Origin: Vicinamibacteria bacterium
Lineage (GTDB): Bacteria > Acidobacteriota > Vicinamibacteria > Vicinamibacterales > JAENWD01
Reading direction: 5' to 3'
Assembly: GCA_963796915.1 (NCBI GenBank)
Contig: CAWCNI010000004.1
Location: forward strand, 2,758-66,757
Length of the DNA stretch: 64,000 nt
Below the pieces are notes generated by a model. The model was not told the DNA's origin. It saw only the letters and a list, made by a program, of their open reading frames with translations, and ran no database searches. The position numbers were made by a program, and so were the translations under genes. Below, piece after piece: positions 44,997 through 55,489 of the stretch. Numbering within the stretch: position 1 is the first letter of the stretch; every line of letters begins with the position of its first letter.

Positions 44997-46091
44997 CTAG
45001 GCCGCTGTCTTGAACCCCACGCGGCTCAGCGCCGCGATCAACTCGCCCTCGCTCACGTCGTCCGCGATCGCCCACTGCCCAAGGCCCGTGGACAGGACGA
45101 AGTGCAGGCGGCCGTCGACGACCTTCTTGTCGCGCCGAGCGGCCTCCGCGATGTCGACGGCCGACAGATCGCCGATGGCAGGCAAGGGTCCCAGCCGTCG
45201 GATGAGTGCCGTCAGCGCGTCGCGATCCTCGGCCGGCATGCGCCCGCGGGCGACCGCGAGGTCCGCGGCGACGAGCATGCCGTAGCCGACAGCCTCGCCG
45301 TGACGCAGCCGCCGGTATTTCGTGACGGCTTCGAGCGCGTGTCCCGCCGTGTGACCGTAGTTCAGCATCCGCCGCGGCCCCGACTCCCGCTCGTCTTCGG
45401 CGACGACAGCGCCTTTGATGCGGCAGCTCTCGGCGATGATCGGCACGAGCGCCTCCGGCGTGCGGCGGAAGATCTCGCGCGTATCGCGCGCGACGGTGTC
45501 GAAGAGCGAGCGGCTCGACGTCACGCCGTACTTGATGACTTCGTACAGTCCCGCGCGGAATTCGCGTCTTGGCAGCGTCGCCAGCACCAGCGGATCGATC
45601 ACGACCTGATGCGGCTGATGGAACGCCCCGATGAGATTCTTGCCGAGCGGATGGTTGACGCCGACTTTGCCGCCAACCGAGCTGTCGACTTGCGCCAGCA
45701 GCGTGGTCGGCACCTGGACCAGCGCCAGTCCCCGCAGAAATGTCGCCGCGGCAAAGCCGGCGGTATCCCCCAGCACGCCGCCGCCCACGGCGACGATGCC
45801 GGTGCCGCGATCGGCGTTGTGCTTCACGAACGCGTCGTAGACGCGCGATACCGTCTGAAGGTGCTTGCTGCGCTCGCCGTCAGGGACAAGCACGACCGGC
45901 ACGTCGCCCAGAGACGTCAGCGCGGTCTCGCCGTGAAGCTTCCAGACGCCGGGCGTCGAGACGACGATCCGGCGGCGGGCGAAGCCAGACGCATCGAGCA
46001 GCGTTCCGAGCTGCGCGAGATAGCCGGCGCCGATGTCGATCGAGTAGGGGCGCGGGGGAACGTCGACGGTAACGTGTTCGATTGGCGACAC
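44997..46091 (-). CDS. aroB: 3-dehydroquinate synthase
   Basis: ..VAVGGGVLGDTAGFAAATFLRGLALVQVPTTLLAQVDSSVGGKVGVNH..GKNLIGAFHQP...LNYGHTAGHALE. Confidence 0.9.
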   Translation of the reverse strand: MSPIEHVTVDVPPRPYSIDIGAGYLAQLGTLLDASGFARRRIVVSTPGVWKLHGETALTSLGDVPVVLVPDGERSKHLQTVSRVYDAFVKHNADRGTGIVAVGGGVLGDTAGFAAATFLRGLALVQVPTTLLAQVDSSVGGKVGVNHPLGKNLIGAFHQPHQVVIDPLVLATLPRREFRAGLYEVIKYGVTSSRSLFDTVARDTREIFRRTPEALVPIIAESCRIKGAVVAEDERESGPRRMLNYGHTAGHALEAVTKYRRLRHGEAVGYGMLVAADLAVARGRMPAEDRDALTALIRRLGPLPAIGDLSAVDIAEAARRDKKVVDGRLHFVLSTGLGQWAIADDVSEGELIAALSRVGFKTAA

Positions 46092-46138
46092 AGACGCACG
46101 TCCGATGGGAATGAAACCGGATGGTAGGATAGCACCCG

Positions 46139-47701
46139 ATGTCGGTGAAGGCCGATTTTCTGGTCATTGGGGGTGGTATCGCGGGCCTGCGCGCGGCGAT
46201 TTCCCTCATTGGCGCCGGCCGGGTGGTCCTGCTGTCCAAGGCGGGCGGGACCGAGAGCAACACCGGCTACGCCCAGGGCGGCATCGCCGCCGCACTCGGT
46301 CCCGACGACTCACCGTCCCTCCATCTCGCCGACACGCTCGAGGCCGGCGCCGGGCTCTCGGATCGCGCCGCCGCCAACCTGCTCGTGGTCGAAGGTCCCG
46401 GCTACGTGCGTGAGCTGGTGGACTGGGGCGCGCGCTTCGAGCGCGCGGCGGACGGCTCGCTCGACTTCGGCCGCGAGGGCGCGCACAGCGTCAGGCGCGT
46501 GCTGCACGCCAGCGACGCCACCGGGCGCGAGATCGCCCGCACCCTCTGGTCCCGTTTGCACGGCTCGCCGGATCTCGCGATCCTCGATCACGCACTGGCC
46601 ACGCGTCTGTTGGTGACTGGCGACGGCGTCGTGGGCGCCGAGGTCGTCGGCAGCGACGGCAGCCTCACCGCGGTGGAAGCGCCGCGCGTGCTGCTGGCAA
46701 CCGGCGGCGCCGGGCAGGTGTTTGCCGAAACGACCAATCCGGCGATCGCGACGGGTGACGGCCTGGCCATGGCCTGGCGCGCGGGCGCCCGGTTGAGCGA
46801 CCTGGAGTTCGTGCAGTTCCACCCGACGGTGCTGCACGTGCCTGGCCGCCCGCGCTTCCTCGTGTCCGAGGCGGTGCGCGGTGAAGGGGCCTGGCTGCTG
46901 AACGCCGACGGCGAGCGGTTCATGACCCGCTACGACCCGCGCGGCGAGCTCGCGCCCCGCGATGTCGTCGCGACGGCGATGGTGCGCGAGGCGGCCCGGA
47001 CCGGGCGGTCGGTCTTGCTGTCTTTGGCTCATCTCGATGCCGCCTGGGTGCGGGCAAGGTTCCCCGGCATCGCGTCGGCGTGTGAGGCGGCCGGCCTCGA
47101 CCTGGCGACGTCGCGGCTGCCCGTCAGCCCGGCGGCGCACTACATGTGCGGCGGCGTGGACACCGATCTCGACGGCCGCACGTCGGTGGCCGGCCTGTTC
47201 GCGGCCGGCGAGGTCGCCTGCACCGGCGTCCACGGCGCCAACCGGCTGGCCAGCAACTCGCTGCTCGAGGGACTCGTGTTCGGCGCGCGCGCGGCGATCG
47301 CGATGCGCGAGCCCCTTCGCGGCGCCGACTTGCACGAGGTGCGGCTCCTGACGCCCTCCGCGGCGGCCCCGGCTGCCCCTGGAGCGGCCGACGAGAGCGT
47401 TCCCGACATGATGTGGCGCGACGCGGGTCTCGTCCGCGACGCGGCGGGACTCGGGCGTCTGGTGCCGCGCCTGGAGCGCCTGGCCGCCGACCGGGAGGGC
47501 GGCCTCGAACAGCATGCGGGAGACGCCCGGGCGTGGCGCGACGCCAACCTCGCGCGCGTCGGCTGGCTTGTGGCGCGAGCCGCCCTTGACCGCGAGGAGA
47601 GCCGCGGCGGGCACCGGCGCGCCGACTTTCCGGAGCGGGACGATCTACACTGGAAGTTCCACATCGGTCAGCACCGGGATCCCGATCGGCCCGTCCGCTG
47701 A
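46139..47701 (+). CDS. nadB: L-aspartate oxidase
   Basis: FAD-binding N-terminus DFLVIGGGIAGLRAA, ..NTGYAQGGIAAALG.., EFVQFHPT, HYMCGGV, and RLASNSLLEGLVFG. Confidence 0.9.
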   Translation: MSVKADFLVIGGGIAGLRAAISLIGAGRVVLLSKAGGTESNTGYAQGGIAAALGPDDSPSLHLADTLEAGAGLSDRAAANLLVVEGPGYVRELVDWGARFERAADGSLDFGREGAHSVRRVLHASDATGREIARTLWSRLHGSPDLAILDHALATRLLVTGDGVVGAEVVGSDGSLTAVEAPRVLLATGGAGQVFAETTNPAIATGDGLAMAWRAGARLSDLEFVQFHPTVLHVPGRPRFLVSEAVRGEGAWLLNADGERFMTRYDPRGELAPRDVVATAMVREAARTGRSVLLSLAHLDAAWVRARFPGIASACEAAGLDLATSRLPVSPAAHYMCGGVDTDLDGRTSVAGLFAAGEVACTGVHGANRLASNSLLEGLVFGARAAIAMREPLRGADLHEVRLLTPSAAAPAAPGAADESVPDMMWRDAGLVRDAAGLGRLVPRLERLAADREGGLEQHAGDARAWRDANLARVGWLVARAALDREESRGGHRRADFPERDDLHWKFHIGQHRDPDRPVR

Positions 47702-47789
47702 CAGCCGCGCCGCCGACGCACGCACCAGGCGCCAGTCAACACGTCATCGTCCGCGGAGCGCGTCGTCCCGCGCGGGCACTCGAGGAGCA

Positions 47790-49236
47790 ATGGGCAAGCA
47801 GGAGTCGTACGTGACCGAAATCACCCCTCAGTCCGAGGATTTCTCGCGCTGGTATCTGGACGTGGTCCGTCGCGCTGAACTGGCGGACTACTCCCCGGTC
47901 AAGGGGTGCATGGTCATCCGGCCGTACGGCTACGGCATCTGGGAGCTGATTCAGCAGGCGCTCGATACCCGCTTCAAGCAGACGGGGCACGTGAACGCCT
48001 ACTTCCCGCTGTTCATTCCCGAGAGCCTTCTCCTGCGCGAGGCCGAGCATGTCGAAGGCTTCGCGCCGGAAGTCGCCTGGGTCACCAAGGGCGGCACCGA
48101 GAAACTCGACGAGCCGCTGGCCATTCGCCCGACGTCGGAAGTCATCATCGGCACGATGTACGCCAAGTGGATTCAGTCGTGGCGCGACCTGCCAGTGCTG
48201 ATCAACCAGTGGGCCAACGTCGTGCGCTGGGAGAAGGTGACGCGTCCCTTCCTGCGCACGACGGAGTTTCTCTGGCAGGAAGGGCACACCGCGCACGAGA
48301 CCGAGGCCGAGGCCCAGGACGAGACCTTGAAGATGCTCGGCGTCTACAAGGAGTTCTGCGAGACGGTGCTGGCGATGCCCGTGCTCGACGGGCAGAAGAG
48401 CGCCAGCGAGAAATTTGCCGGCGCCTCGCGCACGTATTCGATCGAGGCGCTGATGGGTGATGGCCGCGCGCTGCAGGCGGGCACCTCGCACAACCTCGGA
48501 CAGAACTTCGCGAAGGCGTTCAACATCCAGTTCCAGGGCCGCGACAAGACCCTGCAGCATGCGTGGACGACGTCGTGGGGGATGTCGACGCGCCTGATCG
48601 GCGGCGTGATCATGACGCACGGCGACGACAGCGGCCTCGTGCTGCCGCCGCGCGTCGCGCCGTATCAGGTCGTGATCGTGCCGATCCAGCGCGGCAACTG
48701 GCAGGAAACCGTGCTGCCCGTCGCCAAGTCGATTCAGGCCGATCTGCAGGCCGCCGGCGTCCGCGTCTACCTGGACGCCCGCGAGGAATACACCCCGGGA
48801 TGGAAGTTCTCGGAGTGGGAGATGCGCGGGGTGCCGCTGCGTCTCGAGATCGGTCCCAAGGACATCGAGAAGGGGCAGGTCGTCCTGGCGCGGCGTGACA
48901 CGCGGGAAAAACTGCCCACGGCGATGACCGGTCTGGTTCAGTCGATCGCCGGCCTGCTCGAGAGCATCCAGCAGTCGCTCTTTGACAAGGCTGTCAAGTT
49001 CCGCGACGAGCACACGTCGCGCGCCGAAGCATGGGCCGACTTCGTCGCCGCCATGGACGGCCGGCCTGGCTTCGTGATCGCGCGGTGGTGCGGCGACGCC
49101 GCCTGCGAGGCGCAGATCAAAACGGAAACCCAGGCGACGATCAGGAACCTGCCGTTCGAGCAGGTGCCGGGCGGGATGTGCGTCCGCTGCGACAAGCCCG
49201 CGATCACCGAAGCGCGCTTCGCCAAGTCGGTACTGA
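47790..49236 (+). CDS. proS: proline--tRNA ligase (archaeal/eukaryote-like class IIa type)
   Basis: MGKQESYVTEITPQSEDFSRWYLDVVRRAELADYSPVKGCMVIRPYGYGIWE...TSHNLGQNFAKAF..., then a C-terminal Zn-type domain ..CGDAACEAQIK...MCVRCDKPA..EARFAKS. The expected ending SY-stop (tac tga, 49231-49236) is one base out of frame, so the listed ORF runs on to 49958. Confidence 0.85.
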
Positions 49237-49247
49237 GTCGAATAGTC

Positions 49248-49347
49248 GTAGCAGGCAGCGGGCGGCAGGCAGCTGGCAGTGGCGGGCACTGTTGCCCGCC
49301 GCCACCAGGCCCTGCCTGCTGCCTGCCGCCCGCTGCCTGCCGCCTAC
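49248..49347. repeat. GGCAG/CTGCC-rich palindromic element, copy D (between convergent proS and HEAT-repeat gene)
   Basis: gtagcaggcagcgggcggcaggcagctggcagtggcgggca-ctgt-tgcccgccgccaccaggccctgcctgctgcctgccgcccgctgcctgccgcctac. The terminal CTA (49344-49346) is the TAG stop of the minus-strand gene. Confidence 0.7.
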
Positions 49348-50375
49348 CGCCTGCCGTCTCCGGTCAAGCTCGCCACGTGATCCCGGAAGCGCGATCGGAC
49401 GCGCTTCATCGCGGCATGCCGGCCGGTGATCTTCTCGCGCGCGATAATGGCGCGGAAGGTCTCAGCGAGTGCCCGCCGCCACTGCTCGCCGTCATCGACG
49501 GCCTCAGAGTGCGCGTACGCGCCGACGAGCGGCTCCAGAGTCGTCGCGTCGCCAATCAGCCTGAGCGCCTCCATGAAGTCGCCAGGCAGGGGCTCGCTGG
49601 CCCGCTCGATCGACTCGCGAAGGTCGTAGACGGCCACGTTGCTGCCGCGCCGCGCCAGCGCCAGATGCAGGGCCCCGCGCACGCGCAGCCATTCCGCCTG
49701 GTTTTTCTTCCGGCCCTCGGTCTCCTTCGACCTGACGCGCTCGATCAGCCGATGGAGCGTCGAGAGCGGGGCATCGCCGCCCGCCCGGGCCACCAGCTGC
49801 GCCAGGACCTGCGGATCCCGCGGCAGCCACCCATCCGAGGACTCCTCGAGTTCAGCCACCGGGTCGTCGGCCATGCCTCCGGCGCGTCGCAGGACCGTCC
49901 GGACCGCTGGCGTGGCATCGTCTTTGAGCTGCTCGAAGATCGGTTTCAGCGTTCGTAGCGGGAGCGCCGTGAGGGCTTCCAGGGCCGCTGCGCGGGCGGT
50001 TTCCGGCTCGTTGACGTCCAGGGCCAGGGCCGTCAGACGGTCGAGCACCAGGCCGGCGCCTCGCAGGCTCAGAAGGCCCCGTGCGGTGCGCGCGGCGGCC
50101 AGCCTGACCTCTTCGTCACCAGGCCCGAGCAACGCCACTACAGGCTCGGCGACCCGCGGGTCGGGAATCGCCTCGAGCGCCACGAGAATTGCGATTTGTT
50201 CGGCGGGCGTCGACGCCGCCGCCAGCGCTTCCAGCAGCTGCCTGACGGCGCGAGTCCCGATGATGGCGAGCCGTGCCGTCGCGCTCTCGCGCCTGGTCGG
50301 CTGATCCGGACCGGCGGCAATCAGGTCCCCGACAAGGCGCCGGACTTCCTGGCTCGCTGATGTCCGGATGGCCAC
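49344..50375 (-). CDS. HEAT/armadillo-like helical repeat protein
   Basis: 343 aa, Ala/Leu-rich, with repeated ..A..AL..I.DPR(V/A)...L...L.D....VR..AA.AL.. units. It has a GTG start. The function is unknown. Confidence 0.5.
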   Translation of the reverse strand: MAIRTSASQEVRRLVGDLIAAGPDQPTRRESATARLAIIGTRAVRQLLEALAAASTPAEQIAILVALEAIPDPRVAEPVVALLGPGDEEVRLAAARTARGLLSLRGAGLVLDRLTALALDVNEPETARAAALEALTALPLRTLKPIFEQLKDDATPAVRTVLRRAGGMADDPVAELEESSDGWLPRDPQVLAQLVARAGGDAPLSTLHRLIERVRSKETEGRKKNQAEWLRVRGALHLALARRGSNVAVYDLRESIERASEPLPGDFMEALRLIGDATTLEPLVGAYAHSEAVDDGEQWRRALAETFRAIIAREKITGRHAAMKRVRSRFRDHVASLTGDGRR

Positions 50376-50388
50376 GGCCCTAGCTTAG

Positions 50389-50430
50389 CCAAAAAACGAA
50401 AAGGGGCACCGCCCGAGGACGGTGCCCCTT
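50389..50430 (-). terminator. rho-independent terminator after the OmpA-family gene
   Basis: On the minus strand: aaggggcaccg-tcctcggg-cggtgcccctt followed by ttcgtttttt. Confidence 0.65.
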
Positions 50431-50456
50431 CAAAACCTGCCTGGCGCGATGCCCGG

Positions 50457-52129
50457 TTACTGCGTGAGCCGCACCACGAGGGCCGCCCGGCGGTTGAGAC
50501 GACGCGTCTCTTCGCGGGCGTTGTCGTACTTCGGCCGCTCCTCGCCGTAGCTGACGGTCTTCAGCCGGTCGGCGCCGACGCCGCGCGATGTCAGGTAGTC
50601 GAGCACCGCCCTCGCGCGCCGTTCGCCGAGCGCCAGGTTGTATTCCGCCGTGCCGATGTTGCAGGTGTGGCCCTCGATCTCGATCTTGAGCTCTGGATTG
50701 TCGGCCATCGCCTTGATCGCTTCGTCGAGCACGCGCGTCGCTTCCGGCCGCAGCGAGTAGCGGTCGAAGTCGAAGTGGACGTCCTCGAACTTGTATCCTT
50801 GACCGGGGCCTTCACGACCTGGATGTTCACCGTATCCGACGCCGTGCCGCCCTTGCCGTCGTCACACGTGATGGTGACCGGCACCGAGCCTTCCTGCTCG
50901 GGCGCGGTCCACAGCGTGGACAGCTGCATCGGGTTGGCCAGCGAGCCCGTCGGCGTGCTCCAGCGGCAGTTCAGGCGATCGCCATCGGGATCCTGCGCGT
51001 CAGCAGACACCGTGGAGCTCTTGCCCACCTGGACGACGCACGGATCGCACTTCGCCTTCACCGTCGGCGGGTGGTTCGAGGGTGCCATCGGAGGAGGCGG
51101 CGCCGCGGGCGGCGGCGGGGCGACGTAGTGGACGCGGACGCCGGGGTGATAGCCGATGCGGACGCTGCCCTGAAGGTTGTCGCCGCCTTCGTTCGATCCC
51201 TGGTTGTACTTCTCGCGGCCGTCGAAGTTCAGATTCCAGCCGACGCCGGCGCCGGCGAAGAAGCCGCTCTTGCTCTGGTAGTCCACGCCGAAGAACGTGT
51301 TGAAGGGCGACTTCACATTCCAGCTGGCGGGCCGGTCGAACACTGCTGCGGTGCAGCACACGCCGCTGTTGGTGATGCTGCCGTCGAAGTACTTCTCGCC
51401 GTAGGCTTCCGCGGTGAACCGGAACGAGCCGCGCGTCGGAACTGCGACGCCAAGGCCGTAACGGAAGCCGTTGCTCGTGCTCAGGTTGTCCGGGCTCTTC
51501 CGGAACGCAAACCCGCCGTAGCCCGAGACTTCAACCTTCTCGTTCACTTCCTTGCTGACGATCGCGTCGACGAGGAAATCCGGCTGTCCCGTGCCGAGGC
51601 CGTCGCTGTAGCTCGCCGTCGGCAGCTTCAGCACGCCGCGCACCGCGACCGCCGCCGGCTTCAGGTCGGCCTGCGACATGAAGTTCACTTTGCCGCCGAC
51701 GTAGATGTCGCCGACGCCGGTCTGCCACCCCTCGACGGGGTTCGGGTACCCGACCGGCGAGCCGGTGATCTGAAGGGGCCGCGAGTCGGTGTCAATGCGG
51801 CGATAGAACTGAAACGCGCCAAACACTTCGGCCTTGTTCTTGATGCCGTAGCCGACGACGCCGGAAAAGTCGGCGACGTCCATGAAGGCTTCGCTGAAAT
51901 CCTGGTTGACGTAGTAGGCGCCGCCAGAGGCTTTCTTGGCCGGCAGCACTTCGCCGGTCGGAACGAACCAGAGGCCGGTGTCTCCGAGGAAGGTGTTTGT
52001 CGCCGGCCGTGTCTCGCCCGATGCGGGGGGCGGGGCTGGAGCCGCCGACGGATCGGTGGACTGCGCCAGCGCCGGTCCTGCCGCGCCAGCGACCACCGAA
52101 AATACCAACAACCTCAGCAGCGTCTTCAT
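50457..52129 (-). pseudogene. OmpA-family outer-membrane protein (beta-barrel + Ig-like domain + OmpA_C), one frame switch ~50805
   Basis: It has a signal peptide (MKTLLRLLVFSVVAGAAGPALA), a barrel region and a Pro-rich linker. A Cys-containing Ig-like module follows (..KCDPCVVQVGKSSTVSADAQDPDGDRLNCRW..VTITCDDGKGGT). The OmpA_C domain (GYKFEDVHFDFDRYSLRPEATRVLDEAIKAMADNPELKIEIEGHTCNIGTAEYNLALGERRA) is in another frame. The switch is at the gggg run 50805-50808. Confidence 0.75.
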
Positions 52130-52217
52130 GATAGGGGGCTCCAAGTAGGCTCGTCGCACGAGCGATATTCTACGTCCTACTTTGCGGACGGTCAAACGCC
52201 AGTCGCCGATAACCTCT

Positions 52218-53027
52218 TCAGTTAGACGACTTTCGCTTGCCGAAGATCCAGGCGATCAGGATGCTGATGAGGTACAGGACGATCATCGGCCCGGCCATGA
52301 GGGTCTGGTTCACGACGTCGCTCGACGGCGTGATCACGGCGGCCAGGATGAAGATGATCAGGATGGCGTACTTGGTGTGCCGCCAGAGGAATCCGGCGGT
52401 CACGACCCCCATGCGCGCGAGGGCCAGGACAAGGGTCGGCATCTGGAAGATGATGCCGAAGGCAAGCAGCATGTAGGCGTACAGGCCGAAGGCTTCCGAG
52501 ATCTTCGGCATGAACTGCATGTAGTCCGTGTTGAAGCTGGCGAAGAACTTCCACGCGGCCGGGAAGACCACGTAGTGCGAGAACGCCGTGCCGGCAACGA
52601 AGGAAACAGTCGAGAAAATGACAAACGGCGCCGCGAAGCGCTTTTCGCGGGAGTAGAGCCCTGGCGCTACGAAGAGCCAGAGCTGCCACATGATGACCGG
52701 CGCCGCGATCACCAGGCCCGCCAGCCCTGCGACCTTCAACTGCAGCATGAAGGCTTCGGTGGGCTCGGTGTAAACCAGCTTCCCGCCTGTTGGCAGGATC
52801 ATCTGCAGCGGCCGCATGATGAACGCGAAGATGCGGTCGATGAAGGCGAACGCGATCAGGAAGCCGACGCCGATCGCCGAGATGGCAATGACCAGCCGCC
52901 GTCGGAGCTCGTCGAGGTGCTCCAGAAACGACATCTTCCCCCCGGCAGCTTCCTCGTGGCCGAAGTCGTCGTCGGGGTCCGGCTCGGCGCGTGCCGCTGA
53001 GCCGCCGGGAAACGGAATGAGCGCCAT
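52218..53027 (-). CDS. tatC: twin-arginine translocase subunit TatC
   Basis: ..MSFLEHLDELRRRLVIAISAIGVGFLIAFAF... with 6 TM segments. An alternative start is at the internal MSFLEH (52935). Confidence 0.9.
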   Translation of the reverse strand: MALIPFPGGSAARAEPDPDDDFGHEEAAGGKMSFLEHLDELRRRLVIAISAIGVGFLIAFAFIDRIFAFIMRPLQMILPTGGKLVYTEPTEAFMLQLKVAGLAGLVIAAPVIMWQLWLFVAPGLYSREKRFAAPFVIFSTVSFVAGTAFSHYVVFPAAWKFFASFNTDYMQFMPKISEAFGLYAYMLLAFGIIFQMPTLVLALARMGVVTAGFLWRHTKYAILIIFILAAVITPSSDVVNQTLMAGPMIVLYLISILIAWIFGKRKSSN

Positions 53028-53036
53028 GACGGCTGG

Positions 53037-53315
53037 CTATGCGCTGGTGTCGGATGCGCGGGCGACCGGCGTGTCGGCGACCGGCGCCGTCGCGGCAGTT
53101 GTCGCCGCCGGCTGCGCGGGCTTGGCCTGCACGCGCTGCTCGTCCACCCGGATTTCTTCTTCCAGCGTGTTCTTCAGCTCGTTGGACGCGCGCTTGAACT
53201 CGTTGATGCTGCGGCCCAGCGAGCGCCCCAGCTCCGGCAGCTTGCGCGGGCCGAAGATGATCAGCGCGATCACGAAAATGACGATCAACTCCGGCATGCC
53301 GATGGAACCGAACAT
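53037..53315 (-). CDS. tatA: twin-arginine translocase subunit TatA/E
   Basis: [43 protein letters not shown] is the canonical TatA TM segment plus amphipathic helix. Confidence 0.85.
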   Translation of the reverse strand: MFGSIGMPELIVIFVIALIIFGPRKLPELGRSLGRSINEFKRASNELKNTLEEEIRVDEQRVQAKPAQPAATTAATAPVADTPVARASDTSA

Positions 53316-53517
53316 AAGGACCACTCCCATGAACGCGCCGGCTCGTCGCCAGACGCGCTCAGACACCCTGGGGGCGAACGCGGACAGGCAAACTCGGGGG
53401 CGACCGACGCGGTACTTCTCATTATGGAACGCGCGCGGGCACCGGTCAAGATTGATGGCTGGGCCGGATGACGTGGAAATCGTTGCTGGTACAGGGGTTA
53501 TTTGTTAGCATCGAATC

Positions 53518-55137
53518 ATGGCACGTTCGCGACTTTTCCCCGTCGGTGCGCTCGTCATCGCAGTCTCCGCCCTCATCGGCGGCGTCATGGGGCGCAACGT
53601 CGTTGCCTCCCAGGATCGCCTCCAGGAAAACTACAAGGCCTTCACCGCGGCGCTGGCGGCCATCGAGTCCAGGTACGTCGACAAGGTCGAGTCCGACCGC
53701 ATCGTCTACAGCGGCATCTCCGGGATGCTGCAGACGCTGGATCCGCACTCGAACTTCATGGACCCGCAGGCGTACTCGCAGTTGCTGGAGCGCCAGGAAG
53801 GGCACTACTACGGGCTGGGGATCACCATCGGGGTCGTCGGCGAAGACATCACCGTGGTGTCGCTGTTCGAAGGCTCGCCCGCCTACAAGCAGGGCATCCG
53901 GCGCGGCGACGTCATCGCGAAGATCAACGGGGAAGACGCCAAGGGATGGAAGACCGACCAGGCCGTGCGGAAACTGCGCGGACCGAAGGGCACCACTGTT
54001 GAAGTGTCCATCCGCCGCGCGGGCAACGAGGGCCTGATCCCGATTCAGGTGATGCGCGACGAGATCAACATTCCGACAGTGCACGCCAGCTTCATGGTCG
54101 ACTCGCAGACCGGCTACATCAAGCTGGCGGAGTTTGCCGAGAACAGCGATCGCGACCTGGGCCGCGCGCTAGGCGAACTGCACGACAAGGGGATGAAGCG
54201 CCTGGTGCTCGACATCCGCGGCAATCCGGGCGGCCCGCTGAACCAGGCGATTCGCGTCGCGAATCGCTTCCTCAAGAAGGGCGATTTGATCGTCTACACG
54301 CGCGGCCGTGTGCCGAACTCCGATCAGGACTTCCGCGCGACCGAAGACAGCGACTACACCGAGCTGCCGGTGATCGTGCTGACCAACCGCAACTCGGCGA
54401 GCGCGTCAGAGATCGTCTCCGGTGCTTTGCAGGATCACGATCGCGCGCTCATCGTCGGCGAGACGACCTGGGGCAAGGCCCTGGTGCAGTCCATCTATCG
54501 CATCAGCCAGGGCGCGGGCCTGGCGCTGACCACGGCGCGCTACTACACGCCGAGCGGGCGCCTGATTCAGCGGCCGTGGGACGGCACGTTCGACGAATAT
54601 CTCAGCTACACGCTGCGCGATCAGGATCCCGCGCGGCCGCACGACCCCAAGGACCTGAAGTACACCGACAGCGGACGCCGGGTCTACGGCGGCGGCGGCA
54701 TCGAGCCGGACCGGCGCCTCGACGGACCGGTGGAAGGATTCAACCCGACGCGATTCGGACGGATCGTCTACGGCCGCCAGCTGTTCTCCGCCTACGCGCA
54801 GAAGTTCTCGGCGACCGGCGACACGCGCCCCGGCGCGAGCGGCAAGGATCGCAAGTTCGTCTCGTCGGACTTCGTCGTGGACGACGCGATGGTGGCGGAC
54901 TTCAAGGCGTTCGTCGAGAAGACGGGCCTCAAGATCGATCAGGGCGCCTGGGACACGGACCTGCCGTTCATCAAGGCGATGATCCGGTACGACATCGACC
55001 TCGCCCTCTTCGGGGTCGCCGCCGGCCGGCGGCATCTCGTCGACGCCGATCCCCAGGCGCAGTTCGCCTTGAGCCTCTTCAAGGAGGCCGAGCAGCTGAC
55101 CCAGCTCTCGAAGGCGAAGTCCGCACGCGCGCAATAA
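53518..55137 (+). CDS. S41-family carboxy-terminal processing protease
   Basis: A PDZ domain (GLGITIGVVGEDITVVSLFEGSPAYKQGIRRGDVIAKING) is followed by the S41 catalytic region (LVLDIRGNPGGPLNQAI...NRNSASASEIVSGALQDHDRALIVGETTWGKALVQ). Confidence 0.85.
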   Translation: MARSRLFPVGALVIAVSALIGGVMGRNVVASQDRLQENYKAFTAALAAIESRYVDKVESDRIVYSGISGMLQTLDPHSNFMDPQAYSQLLERQEGHYYGLGITIGVVGEDITVVSLFEGSPAYKQGIRRGDVIAKINGEDAKGWKTDQAVRKLRGPKGTTVEVSIRRAGNEGLIPIQVMRDEINIPTVHASFMVDSQTGYIKLAEFAENSDRDLGRALGELHDKGMKRLVLDIRGNPGGPLNQAIRVANRFLKKGDLIVYTRGRVPNSDQDFRATEDSDYTELPVIVLTNRNSASASEIVSGALQDHDRALIVGETTWGKALVQSIYRISQGAGLALTTARYYTPSGRLIQRPWDGTFDEYLSYTLRDQDPARPHDPKDLKYTDSGRRVYGGGGIEPDRRLDGPVEGFNPTRFGRIVYGRQLFSAYAQKFSATGDTRPGASGKDRKFVSSDFVVDDAMVADFKAFVEKTGLKIDQGAWDTDLPFIKAMIRYDIDLALFGVAAGRRHLVDADPQAQFALSLFKEAEQLTQLSKAKSARAQ

Positions 55138-55489
55138 CTGCTCGGAATCTCCGGGCCTGCGTGCAGGTCCGGATTGCCCGCAATTTCAGCGTCAGCTCCC
55201 AGATGTGGGGGCATTCTTCGTGCTTGCCACTACCGGTAGGCCTTGTTACACTGACCGCCGTTTGGTGGCCGATCCCGGGGCCACAGCCCGCGCGGGGCTG
55301 TGAAATGAGGTCGGCGCCGTCAGTCACCTTGTCGCAGTTCCTTCCTGGATTCCAGGATTTTCGTCTTCCGGAGCGCGCGCCCAGCCGCTGGCCGGAGGGT
55401 CGGGTGCGGTACGCCAGCGCGCCGGTCCCTGCAGGCATGTTCAGCGGCGGGGTGGGTCTCGCCCCGCCGGGCGCGTACTGAGGTCAGCA

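Noticed and set aside
49237-49958. Novel C-terminal domain on ProRS
   Set aside because: The extension begins exactly where a one-base shift hides the expected SY-stop. It runs through a palindromic repeat and then antisense to another gene, and it is low-complexity.
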